NCBI GenBank assembly: GCA_019057385.1
Contig: JAHQJS010000007.1
Location: forward strand, 448,001-512,000
DNA: 64,000 bases
From: Candidatus Borrarchaeum weybense
GTDB lineage: Archaea; Asgardarchaeota; Sifarchaeia; Borrarchaeales; Borrarchaeaceae
Direction of reading: 5' to 3'
Of the stretch, positions 1 to 9,108 are shown piece by piece (within the stretch, counting starts at the first letter, position 1; every line of letters starts with the position of its first letter). The translations under genes were made by a program, and so were the position numbers. Below the pieces are notes generated by a model. The model searched no databases. It worked only from the letters and a program-made list of their open reading frames with translations, and was not told where the DNA came from.

Positions 1-3000
1 AGAGTGCCACGTAGATGTGTCAAGATTTAGACTATAATCAGGGCCAGTTAATGTTTGATTATTATGTGCGGCAAGATATTCACTCGAAGTGAAATTATAG
101 ATCCGATACCATACAGAATGAACCGTTTGTTCAGAATCAAATGCGTCTATATCAATAACGACTTGATCGGTCCACCAGGTATCATTGGCAAAGTTACCTA
201 CATCCCAATCCAATGAGGGCGCCACATTATCAATCCTATAGAACCGAGCATCGTTTCCAAGTAATTGTGCTTCATTACCAGCTGTATCATTTGCAAAAAC
301 TTCTACTTTATAATAGATGTCAGCAGAATGCCACCCTGAGGTATCGATATCAATAGTGTAATCAGGGCCTGTTAGCGTTTGATTATTGTGATTAGGAACA
401 TAGTCACTTGAGGACACATTGTAGATTCGATACCATATTGTGTGAATACTAGATTCTGAGTCGAAAGCACCCACGTCGATTGTAACCGGGTCAATCCACC
501 AGGTATCGTTAGCAAAATTGTTGGTATCCCAATTAAGCGTAGGCGGATCTCGATCGATACCAAAGAACCGTGCATTGATCCCGATCAGTTGTGCTTCATT
601 TCCTAATGTATCATTGGCGAAGATTTCTACTATGTAATAGATGTCAGCAGAATGCCACCCTGAGGTATCAATAATAGTCGTGTAATCAGGGCCTGTTAGG
701 GTTTGATTATTGTGATTTGGAACATAGTCACTTGAGGACACATTGTAGATTCGATACCAGACTGTGTCGACTAATTGTAGAGAATCAATGGCAGCTACAT
801 CGATTGTGACTTGATCTATCCACCAGGAATCATTAGCAAAATTATTGGTATCCCAATTTAATGTAGGAGGTGCATTATCAACCCTAAAGAATCGAGCATC
901 ATTTCCGATAAGTTGGGCTTCATTACCAGCAGTATCATTAGCAAAGACTTCTACACTATAATAGATGTCAGCAGAACGCCATCCAGAGGTATCGATATCA
1001 ATACTGAAATCAGGACCTGTTAGAGTTTGATTATTGTGATTGGGAACATAGTCACTTGAGGAAACATTGTAGATTCGATACCAAACCGTACTTAATTCTA
1101 ATAAATCAGAGACGTCCACATCGATTGTGACTTGATCGGTCCACCAGGTATCATTAATAAAATTATTCGTGTCCCAAACAAGGCTTGGAGGGTCTTGATC
1201 GATTCTAAAGAAACGTGCAGCAAGCCCTATCAACTGTGCCTCATTGCCTAACGTATCGTTGGCAAAAACTTCAACCCTATAATAGATGTCAGCAGAATGC
1301 CACCCAGACGTATCAATATCAATAGTGAAATCAGGGCCTACTAGGGTTTGATTATTATAGTTAGGAACATAGTCACTTGAGGACACATTATAGATTCGAT
1401 ACCAGACTGTGTCGACTGATTGTAGAGACTCAATGGCAGCTACATCAATTGTGACTTGATCAATCCACCAGGTATCGTTAACAAAATTATTTGTATCCCA
1501 AACAAGGTTTGGAGGGTCTTGATCGATTCTGAAGAAACGTGCATCTAAGCCGATTAATTGCGCTTCATTACCTAATGTGTCATTTGCAAATATTTCTACT
1601 CTATAATAGATGGCAGCGGAACGCCATCCAGAGGTATCGATATCAATAGTGAAATCAGGGCCTGTTAGGGTTTGATTATTATAGTTAGGAACATAGTCAC
1701 TTGAGGAAACATTATAGATTCGATACCAGACTGTGTCGACTGATTGTAGAGACTCAATGGCAGCTATATCAATTGTGACTTGATCGGTCCACCAGGTATC
1801 ATTAGCAAAGTTGTTGGTATCCCATGTTAATAGAGGTGGAGTATTATCTACCCTAAAGAATCGAGCATCATTTCCGATAAGTTGAACTTCATTACCAGCC
1901 GTATCATTTGCAAAAACTTCAACCCTATAATAGATATCAGCTGAATGCCACCCTGAGGTGTCAATAATGGTTGTGAACTCAGGTCCAGAGAGAGTTTGAT
2001 TATTGTGATTAGGAACATAGTCGCTTGAGGAAACATTGTAGATTCGATACCAGACGGTATGAATAAGATGTTCAGAATCGGTTGCATCTACATCAATGGT
2101 TACTTGATCGATCCACCAGGTATCATTAACAAAATTATTGGTGTCCCAATTCAAAGTAGGTGGATCTCGATCAACTCCAAAGAATCGTGCATCTAATCCA
2201 ACCAATTGTGCTTCATTGCCTAATGTATCGTTGGCAAAAACGTCTACTCTATAATAGATGTCAGCAGAATGCCATCCAGAGATGTCAATGATAGTAGTAT
2301 AGCCAGGGCCTAGCAAAGTCTCGTTATTTTGTCCTAGAACGTACTCACTAGCAGAAACATTATAGATTCTATACCAGACTGTGTCAACTGTGTTTACTAA
2401 ATCAGAAACGTCAACATCGATTGTGACTTGATCGATCCACCAAGTATCATTAACAAAATTATTTGTATCCCAAACAAGGTTTGGAGGCTCATGATCGATC
2501 CTAAAGAAGCGTGCATTAGCATCTGTTAACTGAACTTCATTTCCAGCCGTATCGTTAGCAAAAACTTCAACCCTATAATAGATATCTACGGAATGCCATC
2601 CAGAGATATCAATAACAGTTGTAAACTCAGGGCTCAACAAACTTACATTATTGTGACCCTGAACAAATTGACTTGAAGAAACATTATAGATTCGATACCA
2701 CACTGTACTTAATTGTAGCAAATCAGCTGCATCCACATCTATTACAACTTGGTCGATCCACCATGTATCATTTGCAAAATTGTTAGTGTCCCAGTTTAAT
2801 GTAGGAGGCGTATTATCAACTCTAAAGAATCGAGCGTCTGCGCCTAATAATTGCGCCTCATTGCCTAATGAATCGTTTGCAAAGATTTCTACTATGTAAT
2901 AAATGTCTGCAGAATACCAGCTCGATATATCAACATTCAGAGTGTAATCAGGGCCAGATAGAGTTTGATTATTGTGGCCAGGAACATAGTCACTCGAAGA

Positions 3001-4440
3001 GACATTGTAGATTCTATACCAGACTGTGTCGACTAATTGCACAGAATCAATGGCATCCACATCAATAACAACCTGATTTGTCTGCCATGTATCATTTTCA
3101 AAGTTGTTCGTATCCCAACTCAAAATAGGGGGCGAATTATCAACTCTATAGAATCGGGCATCGAATCCGATCAGTTGGGCTTCATTTCCTAATGTATCGT
3201 TGGCAAAAACTTCAACCCTGTAATAGATGTCAGCAGAATGCCACCCTGAAGTATCTATAATTGTCGAATAATCAGGACCTACCAGGGTCTGATTATTATA
3301 CACGGGAATATACTGGCTTGAGGAAACATTGTAGATTCTATACCAAACCTTGTGTACGGTATTTTCTGAGTCAGAGACATCCACATCTATTGTAACCTGG
3401 TCGGTCCACCAGGTATCATTAGCAAAGTTGTTCGTATCCCAATCTAATATAGGTGCCGCATTATCAACTCTAAAGAATCGAGCATCAATTCCAATTAATT
3501 GGGCTTCATTACCAGCGGTATCGTTGGCAAAAACTTCTACTCGGTAATATACATCTGCAGAATGCCAGCCTGATATATCAACATTAAGAGTGAAATCAGG
3601 GCCTATCAAAGTCTGATTATTGTGACCCAACACGTAGTTACTTGAGGATACATTGTAGATTCGATACCAAACTGTATGAACATCATGTTGTGAATCAGAC
3701 GCGTCTATATCGATAGTAACTTGATCGTTCCACCAGGTATCATTAACAAAATTATTGGTGTCCCAATTCAAAGTAGGTGGATCTCGATCAACTCCAAAGA
3801 ATCGTGCATCTAATCCAACCAATTGTGCTTCATTGCCTAATGTATCGTTGGCAAAAACGTCTACTCTATAATAGATGTCAGCAGAATGCCATCCAGAGAT
3901 GTCAATGATAGTAGTATAGCCAGGGCCTAGCAAAGTCTCGTTATTTTGTCCTAGAACGTACTCACTAGCAGAAACATTATAGATTCTATACCAGACTGTG
4001 TCTATTGTTTGTTCCGAATCAAGTGCATCTACATCAATAACGACTTGATCAGTCCACCAGGTATCGTTGACAAAATTGCCTACGTCCCAATTTAATGAGG
4101 GTGCCGCATTATCAACTCTATAGAATCGGGCATCGAATCCGATCAGTTGGGCTTCATTTCCTAATGTATCGTTAGCAAAAACTTCGACCCTGTAATAGAT
4201 ATCTGCAGAATGCCACCCTGACGTATCTATTATCGCGGAATAATCAGGACCCACTAAAGTTTCATTGTTGTATCCTGAAACATACTCACTTGAGGAAACG
4301 TTGTAGATTCTATACCAAACTGTGTCTATTGATTGTTCCGAATCTGATGTGTCAATATCAATTATGACTTGATCGGTCCACCAAGTATCATTGGCGAAAT
4401 TATTGGTGTCCCAGTTCAAGACTGGTTGTTGATTGTCTAC
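1..4440 (-). repeat. Coding tandem repeat, 324/321-bp unit, 13 full copies plus 1 partial in window
   Basis: The TWW anchor (tccacca-like on +) recurs at 171, 495, 819, 1140, 1464, 1788, 2112, 2436, 2757, 3081, 3405, 3729, 4053 and 4377. Consensus: DxxPPxLxWDTNNFANDTWWxDQVTIDVxxxDSxQxVxTVWYRIYNVSSSDYVPNHNNQTLTGPDFTIxIDTSGWHSADIYYRVEVFANDTxGNEAQLIGxDARFFRV. Confidence 0.97.
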
Positions 4441-6120
4441 ATACACGAAAACACTGGAGGAATTCGAAACAGGGGTTGTGTTTGTATTGTTTGCCCAGAT
4501 TGTGTAGTTATAGCAGTAACCATCTAAAAGCAGTGTTGTATCATCTGGTATGCTTATAGAATCGCTCTGCAAACCTCCAGTGAAATCAGCCTCCGCAATA
4601 ATTGTCCCATTCCTGTAGACGATATAATGATCCAAATCAAAAGGAGTTGTTGATGTAATATCCCAATCAAACGTTTGTATTCCTGAAATCCAACTAAGAT
4701 TTAATGGTGGCGAAATATAGTCAATGTTAACTGGATCAACAATAAAAGAATAATACAGACCAAAATTATCGTTTATTGCATGAGCTCCGAGCGTGGTATT
4801 ATAATAGAAATAATATTCGATAGTAGCTTTAGCTGCTTGCCCTGGAATTGTTCCAGTATAAATGAAATCTTCACAATAACTATTCATAACTATCGAATCG
4901 TTGTGAGTTGTCCAGTCTCCATTAATTGAATAGAAAAGAATAAGCGTATCAATTTCTAGGTCATTAGAAATCGTCGCATTAATTTGGACATCTTCATTTA
5001 GGATTGGTATTTTGGGAATTCTTTGTGTATCAGGATTATGACTAAAACTCGCTTGCAAAATATCTATAGAGAATAAGATGGCTTTTTCATCGTTTAAAGC
5101 ATATGTGATTCCTGAAGTGGTGTTTCCAAATGCCTCAATTCGATATAACGAACCTTCTTTCCAACTGCTTACATTTAGTTCAGTCGCATATGTAGGGCTA
5201 GCAAGAATCGTATTGTCTATTACGATCGATCCTTGTGCCCCTGATGTTTCGTTTATTACGCGATACCAAACCGTATCCATAACAGAATCAGGATCAATGC
5301 ACTCAATATCAACCCATACAGTACTATAATGGAATGAGTTGTTTAACGGCTCTGCCCACTCAAGTTCAATTCCTGTTTCATCATTTTCATCAGCTGGATT
5401 TGTTGTAGAAGATTGCGTATCTTGAGTATCTACTGAACTTTGAGAGATAGAAGATGAAACATCTAGAAGACCAGAATACAGAAGATAAGAATTATCTGAA
5501 TTTTTTATTTTTACATTTACATCGCACAAATCAGAGCGACCGAAAGTGTCTAACGTCTTCACTAGAATTGTTTGCTCACCGTCAGAAAGGCTTTTTGTAT
5601 TCCAGGTGAAAGTATATTTCCCGAAATAGTCGTCACCACCTTCTTGTTCCATCAAACTCCATGAAACGCCTTCGTCAAAACTAACCTTGACGTAGCAAAG
5701 CGGGTGTCTAGATTCTACTTCTGCTTCAATTTCTACGGTTCCAGAGACCGATTGGTTGTTTTGTGGATTGTACACATTTACTTGGGGGGGCATTCCGCTA
5801 ACAACAACAAAAATTGCCATTCCACTTAGAAGCAACACTAATGAAAGAGTTAAAATTCTAAGTTTTGTAAATCTCATTTTTTTCGTTTGTATTAGACGAA
5901 AACGTTGGAATGAATGATTAAATGAATGTAAAAAACCTATGACGACAAAGGGGGCAATAATCCAACAAGCTAATGAGAGAATTGGGAAATAAGTTAACAT
6001 TTTCATTATTGAAGGGCTTAAACTAAATGATGAAGGCAAAAGATAAATTAACAAATACTTTGTTAACCAATATGATCCCTTCTCTAAATGTGAGGGATCC
6101 ATCTGTAAAAGAGTTATCAA
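1..6120 (-). CDS. Giant membrane-anchored surface protein with tandem Ig-like repeats (partial, 3' end outside window)
   Basis: Blocks of the minus strand translated by hand (1-420, 4381-4440, 4801-6120 and parts of the repeats) are all in one open frame, and repeat spacings are multiples of 3. Possible starts: TTG 6120 (after GGGGG), ATG 6102, 6006, 6000 or 5877. N-terminal hydrophobic segments (LTYFPILSLACWIIAPFVVIGFL; LRILTLSLVLLLSGMAIFVVVSG) are followed by an Ig-like domain (PQNNQSVSGTVEI...FTWNTKSLSDGEQTILVKTLD), an S/T-rich linker, further beta domains and the 108-aa repeats. Confidence 0.9.
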   Translation of the reverse strand, partial: MITLLQMDPSHLEKGSYWLTKYLLIYLLPSSFSLSPSIMKMLTYFPILSLACWIIAPFVVIGFLHSFNHSFQRFRLIQTKKMRFTKLRILTLSLVLLLSGMAIFVVVSGMPPQVNVYNPQNNQSVSGTVEIEAEVESRHPLCYVKVSFDEGVSWSLMEQEGGDDYFGKYTFTWNTKSLSDGEQTILVKTLDTFGRSDLCDVNVKIKNSDNSYLLYSGLLDVSSSISQSSVDTQDTQSSTTNPADENDETGIELEWAEPLNNSFHYSTVWVDIECIDPDSVMDTVWYRVINETSGAQGSIVIDNTILASPTYATELNVSSWKEGSLYRIEAFGNTTSGITYALNDEKAILFSIDILQASFSHNPDTQRIPKIPILNEDVQINATISNDLEIDTLILFYSINGDWTTHNDSIVMNSYCEDFIYTGTIPGQAAKATIEYYFYYNTTLGAHAINDNFGLYYSFIVDPVNIDYISPPLNLSWISGIQTFDWDITSTTPFDLDHYIVYRNGTIIAEADFTGGLQSDSISIPDDTTLLLDGYCYNYTIWANNTNTTPVSNSSSVFVYVDNQQPVLNWDTNNFANDTWWTDQVIIDIDTSDSEQSIDTVWYRIYNVSSSEYVSGYNNETLVGPDYSAIIDTSGWHSADIYYRVEVFANDTLGNEAQLIGFDARFYRVDNAAPSLNWDVGNFVNDTWWTDQVVIDVDALDSEQTIDTVWYRIYNVSASEYVLGQNNETLLGPGYTTIIDISGWHSADIYYRVDVFANDTLGNEAQLVGLDARFFGVDRDPPTLNWDTNNFVNDTWWNDQVTIDIDASDSQHDVHTVWYRIYNVSSSNYVLGHNNQTLIGPDFTLNVDISGWHSADVYYRVEVFANDTAGNEAQLIGIDARFFRVDNAAPILDWDTNNFANDTWWTDQVTIDVDVSDSENTVHKVWYRIYNVSSSQYIPVYNNQTLVGPDYSTIIDTSGWHSADIYYRVEVFANDTLGNEAQLIGFDARFYRVDNSPPILSWDTNNFENDTWQTNQVVIDVDAIDSVQLVDTVWYRIYNVSSSDYVPGHNNQTLSGPDYTLNVDISSWYSADIYYIVEIFANDSLGNEAQLLGADARFFRVDNTPPTLNWDTNNFANDTWWIDQVVIDVDAADLLQLSTVWYRIYNVSSSQFVQGHNNVSLLSPEFTTVIDISGWHSVDIYYRVEVFANDTAGNEVQLTDANARFFRIDHEPPNLVWDTNNFVNDTWWIDQVTIDVDVSDLVNTVDTVWYRIYNVSASEYVLGQNNETLLGPGYTTIIDISGWHSADIYYRVDVFANDTLGNEAQLVGLDARFFGVDRDPPTLNWDTNNFVNDTWWIDQVTIDVDATDSEHLIHTVWYRIYNVSSSDYVPNHNNQTLSGPEFTTIIDTSGWHSADIYYRVEVFANDTAGNEVQLIGNDARFFRVDNTPPLLTWDTNNFANDTWWTDQVTIDIAAIESLQSVDTVWYRIYNVSSSDYVPNYNNQTLTGPDFTIDIDTSGWRSAAIYYRVEIFANDTLGNEAQLIGLDARFFRIDQDPPNLVWDTNNFVNDTWWIDQVTIDVAAIESLQSVDTVWYRIYNVSSSDYVPNYNNQTLVGPDFTIDIDTSGWHSADIYYRVEVFANDTLGNEAQLIGLAARFFRIDQDPPSLVWDTNNFINDTWWTDQVTIDVDVSDLLELSTVWYRIYNVSSSDYVPNHNNQTLTGPDFSIDIDTSGWRSADIYYSVEVFANDTAGNEAQLIGNDARFFRVDNAPPTLNWDTNNFANDSWWIDQVTIDVAAIDSLQLVDTVWYRIYNVSSSDYVPNHNNQTLTGPDYTTIIDTSGWHSADIYYIVEIFANDTLGNEAQLIGINARFFGIDRDPPTLNWDTNNFANDTWWIDPVTIDVGAFDSESSIHTIWYRIYNVSSSDYVPNHNNQTLTGPDYTIDIDTSGWHSADIYYKVEVFANDTAGNEAQLLGNDARFYRIDNVAPSLDWDVGNFANDTWWTDQVVIDIDAFDSEQTVHSVWYRIYNFTSSEYLAAHNNQTLTGPDYSLNLDTSTWHS

Positions 6121-6501
6121 GGCATGCCCCCAATATTAACTAAAGCGCTGTAATTTCTTTCAGTTTGACTTTTCTCTCTTCTCAAAGACTTTATTTATAT
6201 AATTATGTTTTTTATAGAACTACACCAAATATCTGAGCCAAAAAAAAAGATCTTATCGCATGAAGGGGATTTTCAGAGGGCTTAAGAAACAATTGTACAA
6301 ATTGAACAATCGAAAATAGAACATTGTCTCTTTTCCTAACTACGTCTGCTTTGTTTTTCATGTTGAGTTACTTTAGATAAATAAAAATTAGCCATAATCA
6401 AAAGATAAGATATAATAAATTAAATGGCGCTATAGAAAGAGGGAGATAATTTCATATTAAAATTTAGTATTTTAGGATGAGTATTCGACAATACGGTAGT
6501 A

Positions 6502-8739
6502 GTGAATTCTATGGGGATTCTCAGTAAATTCAAGAGATTTATTCAACAATCTAAGGACAAATCCACCAAAGATTTGTTTAATAATCTATTAACCGTCCTT
6601 TCGAATCCTGAAGATGAGTTTGTCTACGTCAGGACATTATCTTTAGTGGATGAGAGTCACCCTGATCCAATTAAAGATTCAATTGTCGAGAATCTAAAAT
6701 TACACTTGAAAGTTATTAGCGGCGAAGTTGAGCAAGAGGAAATTTTAGATATTCTTTTTCAACTTAGTCAATCATGGGATTTACTTTCATATGACTTGGA
6801 TAATAAAGGAATGCATAAAGAAGCAAAAATAGCAGAAATGTTCAAACATCTCACAGCAAATGTTATTGAAGTTCTAACACTCCAAAAAAATACTCCATTC
6901 CGCTTAGCTCGATGTGCAGAAATTGCAGAAGAATTTTTTGAAAAGGATCTTTTGAAAAGTTTCTGTTATACAACTGGAGTTTCTTTTCTTCAGTTTTCAT
7001 CTCTAGTCAATGATGATATTACCAAAAAGAACTTTTTAGAAGAAGCAACTCACTATCATAAACTTGCTATAAGTCTATCTGAAGATATTGACGAAGCCTA
7101 TGCACTGAACTCTAATAGCCTTGGAATCATTTTTCTTCAATTAAGCGAAATAGAGATGGATAAAACCAAAAAAAGAGAACTTGTACAGGACGCAATTAAT
7201 AGTATGAAAGAAGCGCTAGATGCAGTATTATTACTTTCCGATATAGAAAAAATCGAAGATTTCTCAATTTCAGTCGCCCATGCTTATTCAAAACTTATTG
7301 CCCTCGATGTGAGTCTCAGAATAAAAAAAGACGCTTATCAGGCAATGATTAAGTATTATCACAAAGCTCTTGAAATTGCACAAGAAAAAAACAAAGTAAG
7401 TGATCAAATAGAATATGAATATTCAATAGGATCAATTTTTCTCTATTTAGCAGGTATTGAAAACGATATAAAGAAAAGAACTGGGTATATATCCGAAGCT
7501 GAGTTGTATTTTCAGAGAGTTACCGAAATTGCTCAGAAGAATAAACATCTTGAAGGACTTCAAGATTATCTCAAAGGCCTGGAAGAGTTTGGCTATTCTT
7601 TGTTTTTAGAAATAGTCGAAACTGAGCCTACTATCGAAGGAAAGAAAATTTTACTCGAAAAACTCATTCGAATCCGAGAAAACACGTATCAAGTCAATTC
7701 AGAGTTAAAATCAAGTAACAAAAGAGAATTACTGCAAGAAACTAAGACAATTAGTGAAATGTACGAAAAACTGACTAATATGTACTTAAACCTTAGTGCT
7801 AAGAGTATGACACTAAGAAAGGCAGTAGAATTTCAGTCAAAATCGTTAGAATATGCTCTTGTTTTGAAAGACATAGCTGAGGTTAGAGAGAGAAGCAATA
7901 TTCTTTCAAATCAAATAGAGTGGTTGATAACTGTAGAATCTAATATTTCAGTAATGCAAGACCTTTTAATGAGTGCTATTCAAACATTTAAAAATCTGCT
8001 GAGCATAATTAACACTTTAAATGATAAAACTGTGGAAGAAGTTAGTTATTGTACTTTAGCATTGCTCCAAAGCGTATTTGCTGTAAATGAACCAGATTCT
8101 GAAGAAAAAAACTCTAAATTAACTAGCGCTTTGAACTTTTCCTCTGAAGGATTGAAGAGAGCGATAGAAAACAAAAATGCACAAGGAATTGCTCGCAATT
8201 ATTATGTCATGGGAACGATTTTAACTAACGTATTATCTTACACTGATCAACTACAAAAAGAAAATCTTTACATTAAGGCAAAAAACTGTCTCTATGAGTC
8301 ATTAAAACTATCTTTTTCAATGAATGATGAAAAACAATCGCAAAAATGCTATCAAGTTCTCGGTAGGTTGTCAATGAGTTTCAGCAAAGTGTCTGAGGCT
8401 CAAGATAAAATCGAAATAATGGAAGAAGCTTTAGGCTACTGGGATAAGGCATTAGAAATAGCATTAAAATTGAATGATTTCGTTTCATTGCCTATTTATT
8501 CATTTGCAGCAGGGAAATGCTGGTTCGCTTATACTAAGCTAGAAAACGATCCTAGAATACAAAGCAATTATTGTTCAAATGCCTTACAAAAATTTGATGA
8601 GACGATCAAATATGGTAGAAGGTTAGGAAATACAGATATCATGCTTAAAGCTAGTGAAAATATGCTAGACGTAATGGCTTTTGAAAATAAGGTGTTATTA
8701 GAGACTAAAACTCAGATTCGGACCTTTAAAATAGACTAG
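6502..8739 (+). CDS. TPR-like alpha-solenoid protein (~50-aa helical repeats)
   Basis: 745 aa; recurring Axxxx(K/E)ALxIA helices paired with LGxxY/F helices (EEATHYHKLAISL, AMIKYYHKALEIA, EEALGYWDKALEIA). Confidence 0.8.
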   Translation: MNSMGILSKFKRFIQQSKDKSTKDLFNNLLTVLSNPEDEFVYVRTLSLVDESHPDPIKDSIVENLKLHLKVISGEVEQEEILDILFQLSQSWDLLSYDLDNKGMHKEAKIAEMFKHLTANVIEVLTLQKNTPFRLARCAEIAEEFFEKDLLKSFCYTTGVSFLQFSSLVNDDITKKNFLEEATHYHKLAISLSEDIDEAYALNSNSLGIIFLQLSEIEMDKTKKRELVQDAINSMKEALDAVLLLSDIEKIEDFSISVAHAYSKLIALDVSLRIKKDAYQAMIKYYHKALEIAQEKNKVSDQIEYEYSIGSIFLYLAGIENDIKKRTGYISEAELYFQRVTEIAQKNKHLEGLQDYLKGLEEFGYSLFLEIVETEPTIEGKKILLEKLIRIRENTYQVNSELKSSNKRELLQETKTISEMYEKLTNMYLNLSAKSMTLRKAVEFQSKSLEYALVLKDIAEVRERSNILSNQIEWLITVESNISVMQDLLMSAIQTFKNLLSIINTLNDKTVEEVSYCTLALLQSVFAVNEPDSEEKNSKLTSALNFSSEGLKRAIENKNAQGIARNYYVMGTILTNVLSYTDQLQKENLYIKAKNCLYESLKLSFSMNDEKQSQKCYQVLGRLSMSFSKVSEAQDKIEIMEEALGYWDKALEIALKLNDFVSLPIYSFAAGKCWFAYTKLENDPRIQSNYCSNALQKFDETIKYGRRLGNTDIMLKASENMLDVMAFENKVLLETKTQIRTFKID

Positions 8740-8843
8740 TGGACTAGTCCTCTTAATTTAAGTGTTTTTTGTTCTGTATCATAAAAAAAGAGAGGTTTTG
8801 AAATATTTCTCTAGATTGTTCAAGTACCTACTAAAAGCCTATT

Positions 8844-9041
8844 TCATGTGTAAAGATGTTCAGGGGGTTTATTTACTCCAAATATTCTGATAAATTCTTT
8901 ATGCACGTAGAGTGGCTTAAATTCATACATTATCAGATTCCAATCGATCATTTCTCTAATGAAATATTTCATTTCGAGTTTAAATGAAATATCATCATCC
9001 TCAAACCATTTAATATATGGCGCTGGAGGCAAAGATATCAC
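8844..9041 (-). CDS. Small hypothetical protein (65 aa)
   Basis: GTG start preceded by AGGTGA Shine-Dalgarno; co-directional with and 67 bp downstream of the coiled-coil gene; fills an otherwise empty gap. Confidence 0.6.
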   Translation of the reverse strand: MISLPPAPYIKWFEDDDISFKLEMKYFIREMIDWNLIMYEFKPLYVHKEFIRIFGVNKPPEHLYT

Positions 9042-9108
9042 TTTTCATCACCTTCATTGTTTATATTGCTTGAAATCGATATAAGTTGATACAAGTTTGA
9101 TTGCGAAA

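Noticed and set aside
1-4440. CRISPR array or diversity-generating retroelement repeats
   Set aside because: Units are 321/324 bp, in frame, with mostly synonymous or conservative variation. There is no repeat-spacer structure and no cas or reverse transcriptase gene.
372-5329. Short ORFs in the track (372-575, 1848-2087, 2868-3068, 3350-3547, 5078-5329)
   Set aside because: Off-frame or antisense shadows of the giant repeat gene.
8734-8770. Hairpin GACTAG-TGGA-CTAGTC followed by a T tract as a terminator
   Set aside because: Plausible between convergent genes, but too short to distinguish from chance.
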